From assembly GCF_963921235.1 (NCBI RefSeq), contig NC_086106.1:18662001-18726000 (forward strand): a stretch of 64,000 nt of DNA, in the 5' to 3' direction. The notes under the pieces are model-generated. The model searched no databases, was not told the DNA's origin, and saw only the letters and a list, made by a program, of their open reading frames with translations. A program made the translations under genes and the position numbers. Below, piece by piece: positions 11,420 through 22,607 of this stretch; position 1 is the stretch's first letter; the number at the start of each line of letters is the position of its first letter. Origin of the DNA: Mobula hypostoma. Taxonomy: Eukaryota.

Positions 11420-12250
11420 GGTCTGACACACGAGGGAACCAACCGTTTCTCAGCCCTGCCGCTCCCCTTACCCTGCAATGTGTTGTCCCGTTGTCCGGTG
11501 AGCCCACCCTCAGACTCCTCCACTCACGGACTGCGGACTACCGGACACGAAAGCTGAGCGCTGGCGCCTCCTTTCTCCCGCCGCTCGCGCGCTCGACTCC
11601 TCGTCACGTGCGCTCACCCGTCAACCAATCGGAGCCTCATCTTCTCGCGCTCGACCCCTCGTCACGTGCGCTCACCCGTCAACCAATCAGAGCCTCATTT
11701 TCCCGCGCTCTCCTCCCGCGACCGGAGCCTTTGCCGCGCGCTCGCCCCTCGCCAGTCACGCGGGCACCGGGAGACTAATCAGCGCTCAAAGCCTTTGACA
11801 AGTGCGAGTCGGAGGAGGCCATATGTCACCTTCTGGCCGTTCCTCCAGTCAGAGCTTTTACCGTATCTCGTGTCCACAACCCCACTCTCTCCCCGAATCA
11901 CCTCCTGCCGGCTGCCCCGACCTCCAGTGAGAACCTCGACCAGCCCACACTCGGGCTCCGACCATTGAGAATCAAATTCGCGGCTCGAACAGCTCCCGAC
12001 CCCCCATCACGTGACGGCCGATCCTCCAATCACAGCTTGTCATTCTTCCCGCCCGCGCTTCGGCTGTTGGGTTTTGAACGAACAATCCCGCCCCAGGTCG
12101 TTGAAACGATCGGTCGGTATTTGGTTGGTGCTGCAGGGTCTGCGCTGACAGGACAGGCAGTGTCAGTAGTTCTGATACTCACAGCTTTTTCAGTTGATTT
12201 ACCGAAACAACTGCAATAATTCCTCAATGTAGTTGATAAAGTCGTCATGA
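11420..12250. promoter_or_regulatory. CpG island, putative bidirectional promoter (paralog U1)
   Basis: Dense CpG. Three CACGTG E-boxes each paired with a CCAAT box; GC box CCCGCCCC near 12087; minus-strand donor AGG/GTAAGG at 11472/11471. Confidence 0.75.
11588..11710 (+). repeat. 58-bp tandem duplication (2 copies plus partial) containing E-box and CCAAT
   Basis: CGCGCTCGAC starts at 11588 and 11646, partial third at 11704; each full unit has GTCACGTG...AACCAATC. Confidence 0.95.
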
Positions 12251-14168
12251 GTAGCTGTGTATATCCCCCAACCCACTCCTCTGCCAACGCAGGCCATCGG
12301 TGACTTTCAGACTGGCAACTTTAACCATGCCAACCTAAAAACAGTCCTGCCTGAACTCCACCAGCTCCCAGAGGTGACAGTACACTTGACCTGGTTTATA
12401 CTAACATACCAGGTGCCTATAAAGCAGTGCCTCGACTCCACATTGACTCTCAGACTACTTATCTGTAATGCTAATTGCAGCATACAAACGGGCCAAGCCA
12501 GTTCTAAAGATGGTGAAAACCTGGTCTGCAGCTGCAATCTACCTATGGTAACCATGTTAACATCGAGGAATATGTGGACTTTGTGATCAGCTACACAGAG
12601 AAGTGTACTGAGGATGTTACCATCACGAAACACATCCAGCTGAGGGTAAATCAGAAGCCATGGCTTACTGTAGAGGTCCGTGAATGGCGAGGGATCGTGA
12701 TGCTCCCTTTAGATCGGGGGATGTGACAGCTGTCAGGGAACTGAGAACTGTGCTTTCCTGCTCCAACAGGAATACAAAATGGAAACATTCTCAGAGAATT
12801 TACAGCCACTTCTGCAATGCCAGAGATGAGAGGCACTTGTGGCAAGAAACTCAGAGGAGTACAGACTATAAGTCTACCCTGCGCGTCAGAGACCAAGATG
12901 CTTCACTCCCTGAGAGGATTAATGCCTCCTGCGCCTAGTCTGATGCACAGAACAAAACGCTGCCTAAATGATTATCATCCGGTGGCATTAACATCAACCA
13001 TTATGAAATGCTTTGAGCAACTGGTCATGGAGCACATTAAAGTTTTTCTCCCGGCTGCATTGGACCCTTTCAAGTTTGATTAATGCTCAAATCGATCCAC
13101 TGATGATGCAATAGCCTCTGTCCTCCACTCTGTTCTGTCCCACCTGGAAAATGGGGTCTCATTTGCCAGACTACTGTTTATTGACCAATTTGGCATTCAA
13201 CCCCATCATAAACCAGAAACTGGTGGGGAAACTGTCCTCGCTTGGTTTCAACACCCCCTCGGCTAGTGGATACTGGACTTCTTAGCAGTAAGGCCGCAGT
13301 CAGTCCGTGTGGGCAGCAACATCTCTAGCTCCATTGCGCTGAGCACTGGCGCTACTCAAGGCTGTGTGCTCAGCCCACTGCTGATGCAGGACTGTGTCGC
13401 AAGATACAGTTCACCCAGGCCATCATTTGTGGATGATACACCAGTGGTTGGTCTCATCAAAAACGATGACAAGATGGAGTATAGAGAGGAAATGGAGCGG
13501 CTGGTGGATTGGTGTGAGAAGAACAATCTAAGCCTGAACGTGGAGAAGACAAAAGAAATGGTTGTGGACTTCAGGAAAGTGCAGACAAACCATCCCCCTC
13601 CCGAATACATGGCTGCTCCATAGAGAGAGTTAAGTGCACCAAGTTCCTGGAAGCTCACATCACGGATGACCTCACCTGGTCCCTTAATATCACTTCCCTG
13701 AACAAGAATGCACAGCAGCGCCTCTAAAGAAGTTTATTTCATTTGGCTTCTTGGGAAGTTCATTTCCTAAGAAGATTGAAGCAACCACGCTTGCCCGCAT
13801 CTGAACTGATTTTACAGGAGCGTCATTGAGAGCATCCTGACAAGTTGCATCTCCATCTGGTATGGGAGTAGTTGATCATCGGACAGGAATTCCCTACAAT
13901 GGGCTCTGTGTGAACGGCTGAGAGGATCTCCCAACCATTTATCAGGAGGGTTGCATACGCAGAGCCCTTCGTATTATTAAGGATCCCACTCATCCATCCA
14001 GCATCTTCCTTGACTTTCTACCATTAGGCAGGAGGCGACGATGCATAAAAACAAGAATGGTCAGGATTTGAAAGAGTTTTTTTTCCCAGGCCATTCCACT
14101 TCTGAGCTCCCTGTCACATCAAATTCAAAGTGTCACTGGTTAATCTGTTCCGGTACAATATTTAATAT

Positions 14169-17100
14169 AACCATATAAACATATAACAATTACAGCACCG
14201 AAACAGGTCATCTCTGCCCTTCTAGACCATGCCAAACTCCTACTCTCACTTAGTCCCACTGACCTGCACTCAGCCCATAACCCTCCATTCCTTTCCTGTC
14301 CATATAGCTGTCCAATTTAACTTTAAACTACAACATCGAACCTGCCTCACCCACTTCTGCTCGAAGCTCGTTTCACACAGCTACCACTCTCTAGTAAAGA
14401 AGTTCCCCCTCATGTTACACCTAAACTTTTGCCCTTTAAATCTTAACTCATGTCCTCTTGTTTGAATCTCCCGTATTCTGAATGGAAAAAGCCTATCCAC
14501 GTTACCTCTATCTATCCCCCTCATAATTTTAAATACCTCTATTAAGTCCCCCCTCAACCTTCTACATTCCAAAGAATAAAGACCCAACTTATTCAACCTT
14601 TCTCATAACTTAGATGATGAAACCCAGGTAACATTCTAGTAAATCTTCTCTGTACTCTCTCTAATTTGTTGACATCTTTCCAAAAATTCGGTGACCAAAA
14701 CTGTACACAATACTCCAAATTTGGCCTCAACAATGCCTTGCACAATTTCAACATTACATCTCAACTCCTATACTCAATGCTCTGATTTATAAAGGCCAGC
14801 ATACCAAAAGATTTCTTCACCAGCCTATACACAAGAGATTCCACCTTCAGGGAACTATGCACCATTATTCCTAGATCCATCTGTTCTACTGCATTCTTCA
14901 ATGCCCTACCATTTACCATGTATGTCCTATTTTGATTAGTCCTACCAAAACGTAGCACCTCACATTAAACTCCATCTGCCATCTTTCAGCCCTCTCTTCT
15001 AACTGGCCTAAATCTCTCTTCAAGCTTTGAAAACCTACTTCATTATCCACAACTCCACCTATCTTACTATCATCTGCATACTTACTCATCCAATTTACCA
15101 CCCCATCAACCAGATCATTAATGTATATGAGAAATAACTTTGGACCCAGTACAGATCCCTGAGGCACACCACTAGTCACCGGCCTCCAATCTGATGAACA
15201 GTTATCCACAACCACTCTCTGGCATCTCCCATCCAGCCACTGCTAAATCTGTTTTACTACTTCAATGTTAATACCTAAAGATTGAACCTTCCTAACCCAC
15301 TTTCCATGTGCGACCTTGTCAAAGGCCTTACTGAAGTCCATATAGACAACATCCACTCCTGTACCCTCGTCAACTTTCCTAGTAACCTCTTCAAAAAATT
15401 CAATAAGATTTATCAAACATGACCTTCCACGTACAAATCCATGTTGACTGTTCCTAATCAAATCCTGTCTATCCAGAGAATTATATATACCATCTCTAAA
15501 AATATTTTCCATCAATTTACCCACCACTGACGCCAAACTCACAGGCCGATAATTGCTAGGTTTAGTCTTAGGACCCTTTTTAATCAATGGAACAACATGG
15601 GCAATACACCAATCATCCGGCACCATCCCCGTTTCTAATGACATTTGAAATATTTCTGCCAGAGCCCCTGCTATTTCCACACTAACTTCCCTCACGGTCC
15701 TAGGGAATATCCTGTCAGGACCCGGAGACTTATCCACCTTCATATTCCTTAAAAGCTCCAGTACTTCCACTTCTTTAATCATCATAATTTCTATAATTTC
15801 CTTACCTGTTTCCCTTATCTTATACAATTCAATATCCTTCTCCTTAGTGAATACTGAAGAAAAGAAATTGTTCAGAATCTTCCCCATCTCTTTTGGCTCC
15901 ACACATAGCTGTCCACTCTGATTCTCTAAGGGCTCAATTTTATCCCTCACCATCCTTTTGCTACTAATATAATGGTAGAAACTCTTGGGATTTATTTTCA
16001 CCCTACTTGCCGAAGCAAACTCATATCTCCTTTTAGCTTTTCTAATTTCTTTCTTAAGATTCTTTTTATATTCTTTATATTCCTCGAGCACCTCATTTAC
16101 TCCATGCTGCCTATATTAATTGCAGATATCTCTCTTTTTCTGAACCAAGTTTCCATAGTAGACATAGTCATACTTTGTTGATCCCGGGGGAAATTGGGTT
16201 TCGTTACAGTTGCACCATAATTATTAAATAGTAGTAAAACCATAAATAATTAAATAGTAATATGTAAATTATGCCAGGAAATAAATCCAGGACCAGCCTA
16301 TTGGCTCAGGGTGTCTGACCCTTCAAGGAAGGAGTTGTAAAGTTTGATGGCCACAGGCAGGAATGACTTCCTATGACACTCTGTGCTGCATCTCGGTGGA
16401 ATGAGTCTCTGGCTGAATGTACTCCTGTGCCCAACCAGTACATGATGTAGTGGATGGGAGACATTGTCCAAGATGACATGCCACTTGGATAGCATCCTCT
16501 TTTCAGACACCACCATCAGAGAGTCCAGTTCCATCCCCACAACATCACTGGCCTTACGAATGAGTTTGTTGATTCTGTTGATGTCTGCTACCCTCAGCCT
16601 GCTGCCCCAGCACACAACAGCAAACATGATAGCACTGGCCACCACAGACTCATAGAACATCCTCAGCATCATCCGACAGATGTTAAAGGACCTCAGTATC
16701 CTCAGGAAATAGAGATGGCTCTGACCCTTCTTGTTGACAGCCTCAGTGTTCTTTGACCAGTCCAGTTTATTGTCAATTCGTATCCCCAGGTATTTGTAAT
16801 CCTCCACCATGTCCACACTGACCCCCCGGATGGAATCAGGGGTCACCGGTGCCTTAGCTCTCCTCAGGTCTACCACCAACTCCTTAGTCTTTTTCACATT
16901 AAGCTGCAGATAAGTCTACTCACACCATGTGACAATGTTTTCTACCGTAGCCCCGTACTCAGCCTCATCTCCCTTGCTGATGCATCTAACTATGGCAGAG
17001 TCATCCGAAAACTTCTGAAGATGACAAGACTCTGTGCAGTAGTTGAAGTCCGAGGTGTAAATGGTGAAGAGAAAGGGAGACAAGACAGTCCCCTGTGGAG

Positions 17101-18462
17101 CCCCAGTGCTGCTGATCACTCTGTCGGACACACAGTGTTGCAAGCACACGTACTGTGGTCTGCCAGTCAGGTAATCAAGAATCCATGATACCAGGGAAGC
17201 ATCCACCTGCATCACTGTCAGCTTTTCCCCCAGCAGAGCAGGGCGGATGGTGTTGAATGCACTGGAGAAATCAAAAAACATGACCCTCACAGTGCTCGCT
17301 GGCTTGTCCAGGTGGGCGTAGGCACAGTTCAGCAGGTAGACGATGGTATCCTCAACTCCTAGTCAGGGCTGGTAGGCGAACTGGAGGGGATCTAAGTGTG
17401 ACCTAACCATAGGCCGGAGCAGTTCCAGAACAAGTCTCTCCAGGGTCTTCATGATGTGGGAGGCCAATGCCACCGGTCTGTAGTCATTGAGGCCACTGGG
17501 GCGCGGCGTCTTCAGCACAGGGATGAGGCAGGATGTCTTGCACAGCACAGGAACCCTCCGGAGCCTCAGGCTCAGGATGAAGACATATATCCCTTGGAAA
17601 GGGATATCCAATATCCTTTGAAATCCATGGCTCTTTCAAACTTTTAACCTTTCCTTTCAACCTAACAGGAACACAAAGATTCCTTACTCTCAAAATTTCA
17701 CCTTCAAATTACCTCCATTTCTCTGTTACATTCTTCCCATAAAACAAATTGTCCCAATCCACTCCTTCTAAATCCTTTTGCATCTCGTCAAAGTTAGCCT
17801 TTCTCTAATCAAAAATCTCAACCCTGGGTCCAGACCTATCCTTCTCCATAATTATATTGAAACTAATAGCATTGTGATCACTGGACCCAAAGCGCTCCCC
17901 AAGACAAACCTCTGTCACCTGACCTATCTCATTCCCTAACAGGAGATCCAACACTGCCCCTTCTCTAGTTGGTACCTCTATGTATTGCTTCAAAAAAACT
18001 ATCCTGCACACATTTTACAAACTCCAAACCATCCAGCCCTTTTACAGTATGGGCTTCCCAGTCTATATTTAGAAAATTAAAATCTCCCAAAATCACAACC
18101 TTGTGCTTACTACAAATATCCGCTATCTCTTTACAAATTTGCTCCTCCAATTTTCGCTCCCCATTTGGTGGTCTATAATACACTGACATAAGAGTTAATA
18201 CACCTTTCCCATTCCTCAATTCCACCCAAATAGCCTCCCTAGACGAGCCTTCTAATCTATCCTGCCAAGCAATACAACACCTCCCACTCTTGTCCCTCCG
18301 ATTCTATCACATCTGAAGCAATTAAATCCAGGAATATTTAGTGGCCAATCACACCCCTCCTCTAACTATGTTTCACTAATAGCTACCACATCATACTTAC
18401 AAGTATCAATCCATGCTTTAAGCTCATCCACCTTTCTTATAATGCTCCTAGCATTAAAATTA
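14169..18462 (-). mobile_element. CR1 LINE ORF2 (endonuclease plus RT), nested in Rex1 and itself split by a second Rex1
   Basis: ORFs 15243-16091 (KSPGPD, NYRPVSL, DFSKAFD), 14913-15215 (PQGSVLGP, YADD), 17965-18225 and 18366-18593 (NARSI, ISETW); 3' tail near 14170. Confidence 0.95.
16156..17585 (-). mobile_element. Rex1/Babar LINE, 5'-truncated
   Basis: ORFs 16916-17290 (DFSSAFNT, PQGTVLSP, FSDD), 16298-16897 and 17363-17611. Confidence 0.95.
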
Positions 18463-18663
18463 TTAATGCACTTTAGTTTGTTATTTACGTGTGATTCATC
18501 TATAGACTTTATCCTTACCTTCATAAGTTTCCCTGTGTTATGTGCACTACTGTGATTTACACCCTGATTCAGAGAAACACTGTCCCGTTTCAATATACAT
18601 TATATGGTTATATACATTATATACATGTGTATAGTTAAATGACAATAAACTTGACATGACTTG

Positions 18664-18900
18664 ATGAAATGAAGTTGAGTCACTGGAATGTGAGAACCTG
18701 TGGAGTTTCCAACAGCGAAAAATATGACTGTCGTTTTAGTCTCAAACACGGACATTGATGTTGCCACCCTAGTGAGGGGTTCAGGAGAAGGTCAGCTGAA
18801 GGAACAAGGTAACAGGTACACGGTATGGAAGGGTCATCTGGAAGGAAAACCTCTTCTACATGGGGTTGGATTAGCTGTGAAAAATGAGATGTCTGTCCCT
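18664..18900 (+). mobile_element. Fossil RTE endonuclease N-terminus (U1)
   Basis: WNVRT..DIDVATL..GEGQLKEQG..YTVWKG..LHGVGLAVKNE matches the RTE AP endonuclease N-terminus; continues at about 26320-26500. Confidence 0.85.
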
Positions 18901-19063
18901 ATAGGCGGTGTTAACAGTGGTGCCAATCAAGTTGAAAGGCAGCCAACACTGAAACAGCAGCACCTCAGGAACTCCAAGGAACTGCGAAGTGATACTGGAT
19001 CAACAGCGACCTCTAGTGGCTTAGGTGATTATGACAGTAATGAGGTAGGTTCCCCCCCCACCC

Positions 19064-20232
19064 CAAGGTAGAGCATTCCTATGAAACAGTTCGTAAGCCG
19101 AAATGTTGTAAGCGAAGAAGCAATTACCATTTATTTATATGGGAAAAATTTGTGAGCGTTCGCAGACCCCAAAGTAACCTACCAAATCATGCCAAATAAC
19201 ACATAAAACCTAAAATAACAGTAACATACAGTAAAAGCAGGAATGATATGATAAATACACAGCCTATATAAATTAGAAACACTTCTCTGCAATCGGCAAT
19301 CGCCTCTGATCTGGGCCGACATTTATGTGCCGGGCAGCACCTAATTAATTAGCTTGTTTATTTCGTTTTTTTTTCTTAAAGACGTGCTGGATGCCTCCCG
19401 GCTACCGCTGAATTCTCCGCGAATCGGTATCTGTCCGCAGTCCGGGGGTTAGGACCACTGGGGTCGTGGGACACGGGGGTGTCATCTCATCGTCGATCAG
19501 GGCAGGCAGGTCATCTTCTTTGGCGAAGGTCGAGGTTCGTCGTCTGCTGTGGCTGATGTGGAAGGCTTGAAAAACGACAGTATGCTTAACTGCTTAGCCT
19601 TGCGCATTTTTCTATCATACAGTTCTTTGTAAACCATCTTGCAAATATGCCCTAAACCAATGTACCCTTTCAAAATTAAAGTCGTACTTTATCATTGCAG
19701 CGAAAATCTCACGCAGTTGCTTCACATTCAGTTCCTGGACGACTTCACTTTCGGTCCGTTCACTACTGCATTCGGTTTTGATTGTTATCTTTTCCTCTTC
19801 CAATTGCATCAGCTCTTCATTTATCAGTTCTTGGTCATGGGATGCCAAAACCTCTTCAACATCATCTTCGTCATCTTCCACAAGCCAAACTCACTTTGTC
19901 CGTACTTCTTTCACCACGATCGAAACGCTTAATTATGGCTAATTTTACGCTAAGTGCAACATCCTTACGAGCTCTTTCAGGCTTTTCCGATACCATAGAA
20001 TTCATCTTACAAACTGCTGCTCACAGGTACGTGTTTAAGCAATGCCGGCGAGAATGCAGTTCCGAATCCAGGGGAGGAGTTTGGCTGCTCGGGGCGCGCG
20101 CTGCTTATTTTCGCGTGCTGCTTTTTTCGTAACAGTGAAAACACCTTCTGTTAGCGAAAACAGGTACTAATGCAAGCCTTTCGTAACAGCGAAGTTTCGT
20201 AAAGCGAACGTTCGAAAAGCGGGGGACACCTG
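19064..20232 (-). mobile_element. Tigger/pogo (TcMar) non-autonomous transposon
   Basis: ORF 19615-19881 EDDVEEVLASHDQELINEELMQLEEE resembles the Tigger transposase C-terminus; terminus CAGGTGTCCCCC at 20232. Confidence 0.8.
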
Positions 20233-22607
20233 GTAATTGGTCTGGCAGCCATGGCAGGACTTGTCCCAGTAAAAACTAAGAGAGTGAAAACATGCAAGAC
20301 TGATGATGGAGAGTATGGCAGGAAACAGGAAGTTTGTCATCAACCACCAGATCCAGAAAAAATGGTGAATGATCTTGAGAAGTTGTTGGGCTGAACTTCA
20401 ATGAATTAAGAATATATACAAATTGCATCCATTTGTGGACATTCAAGTTTCAGTTACTCTGCTAATAACTCAGCAAATACAGCATTTGACACTGTGAGTT
20501 GAAGACCGTATAGGGGAGGATAAACAGAATTCACCAGCTGGTTGAGAATCAATTAAGGTGTGGTTAGACAGACATGCCCCAAAGCAGATTGACTGGAAGA
20601 AAGTGGTTGATTACAAACAAAAGCCTTCAGAGGATATTTCTGAATATGAAGACTGTTCTGGGACAGTTTGGTTTGCTTACTCAGGTGTCCCAGGAACAAA
20701 GAAAGATAATATCGAAGAGACTACATATGGCCCTCTCAAGTCGATTTTCAAGGATGGTTTGAAGACAGATGTTGCCAAAATGGTGAAGATAGTAAAAGAA
20801 AATTGGAGTGAAACTGCTTTTTCCTACAGTGAACTAGTATGAGCTGATAAGCAAGTGGAGCGAGATATCAACATCCAAATAAGATCGATACAGATGGATC
20901 AATGATCTCCATCTGCTAACCAACAGAACAAGTGGAATTGGATATGCAAGTTATATGGTAGAAGAGGACATTGGGCGAGATCTTTTTGCCATAAAAAATT
21001 AACTTCACCACAAAGACCTCGCCAACAACTTCCCCACAGTAAGCTCAATCCTGACCTCACAAGGGAAGGAAAACATTGACTGGATGGCACAACTTCAGGC
21101 GACAATTGCAGACGTAATAGGTATGTTGTCAAGGTTGCAAAAATGACTAGGCCCATCACAACAGCCATCATCTGCAATGGCAGAGCAAAAATCAGGTGAC
21201 TTAGCGACACTGTTGTCAGTGGACATGGAAGACTACGATGACCATGACTGTGCAAGAACAATAACATGTCAAGAAGATGTCATTAAGAAGTGCCTTTGTT
21301 GAACCCAGATCTGGTTCTGTACCCTGATGGCTCTTCAGTCACTGAGTGAGGAATTCGAATGGCTGTTTGGGCTGCTGTCACAGAAAATGAAGCGATAGCC
21401 TCAGGAAGCAGGGGATCTCTGCATGTGAAAGCTTTAACTGAAGCCTGTAAGCTAGCAGAAAGAAGATAAGCTAATATGTACACCAATTCTCGATATGCTT
21501 TCTGAGTTGTTCATGAATTTGGAAATTTATGGAGACAAAGAGGATTTCATACAGTCATGGGAATTCCAATCAAAAATGGTGAGCTAGTACAAGAGCTCAC
21601 GGAATCATACAACTACCAACAGAAGTTGCAGCATTAAAATGGAAAGGTTACTCTAAAATGACCACAATGGAAAGCCATGGAAATGCATCTGCAGATGAAA
21701 CCGCAAAAAGGGCAGCAAGCGAAGGAGTAAAGAAAATCGAAGCCATGGAAGAACACCTGATAACTGAAACCAAGTTAAACACTATGTCGCAAACAAACAT
21801 GGAAGATATTCAAGAAATGCAACATCGGTGCTCAATTAAAGAAAAGAGGTACAGGATGGAAAATGGAGACGATAGAGTATGGAGAAATGGCACTAGTCTT
21901 AGACTGGTCTCGGCCTGAAATGTCGACTGTACCTCTTCCTAGAGATGCTGCCTGGCCTACTGCGTTCACCAGCAACTTTGATGTGTTGCTTGAATTTCCA
22001 GCATCTGCAGAATTCCTGTTGTTCACTAGTCTTAGACTGGTAGCCCCATCTGAGCTGCTTCCTTACCTGACCCAGCAGATACACTCCTTGGGGCACATTG
22101 TTTGCAAAAGATGGTCGATAGATTCTCCCCATGGTGGTGGAACCCAAAGTTCAGGATGCAAGCTTGGCAAATAGTTTAGAGATGTATGACATGCCAGAAA
22201 ACAAACCCCAGATCAGCTACCTCAACTGAGTACTCCTGCTCCACCTGGTCCATTTTCACATCTGCAAGTGGACTACATTACTTTAATGAAGTGCAAAGCA
22301 TATTCAGATTGTTAGTAAAAGTGGACGAATTTTCAAGATGGGTAGAACCCATCCCAGCAAGAAATGTTACTGCCACATACATAGCAGGAATCCTGATTAA
22401 AGACTATATTCCTTGATGAGGATTTGCATTCCACATTGACTCTGACCAGGGAACACATTTCACTGGAAATGTTTGTTAAGAATGGCATCATCAAACAACG
22501 GCTGAATAAGTATCATGATGAAGGTGTACCATAGCCTACAGCTATTCCTTTGCTTTTATGCAGTATCAGGGCAACCCCAAACAAGAATACAAAACTAAGC
22601 CCATTTA
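20233..22607 (+). mobile_element. gag: Endogenous retrovirus internal fragment 1 (gag, RNase H, integrase; protease/RT deleted; no LTRs seen)
   Basis: Capsid DWKKVVDYKQKPSEDISEY; degenerate CCHC knuckle ICKLYGRRGHWARS; RNase H LYPDGSS..YTNSRYAF..GNASADETAK; integrase VDEFSRWVE..IDSDQGTHF. Confidence 0.9.
21909..22023 (+). mobile_element. 115-bp Penelope terminal fragment with perfect 18-bp TSD
   Basis: CACTAGTCTTAGACTGGT at 21891-21908 and 22024-22041. Confidence 0.9.

Larger units (their letters stand above)
12250..18663 (+). mobile_element. Rex1/Babar LINE (12250-14168 plus tail 18463-18663) split by a nested CR1
   Basis: [20 protein letters not shown] and [12 protein letters not shown]. 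The tail resumes at 18463 (ATGCACTTTAGTTTG) and ends in ACTTG repeats. Confidence 0.85.

Noticed and set aside
11266-12219. Overlapping ORFs of 170, 100 and 84 aa in the U1 island
   Set aside because: Same GC-composition artefact; the shared peptides with U3 only reflect DNA paralogy.
22422-22429. Octamer ATTTGCAT (Ig promoter motif)
   Set aside because: It lies inside ERV integrase coding sequence; chance occurrence.
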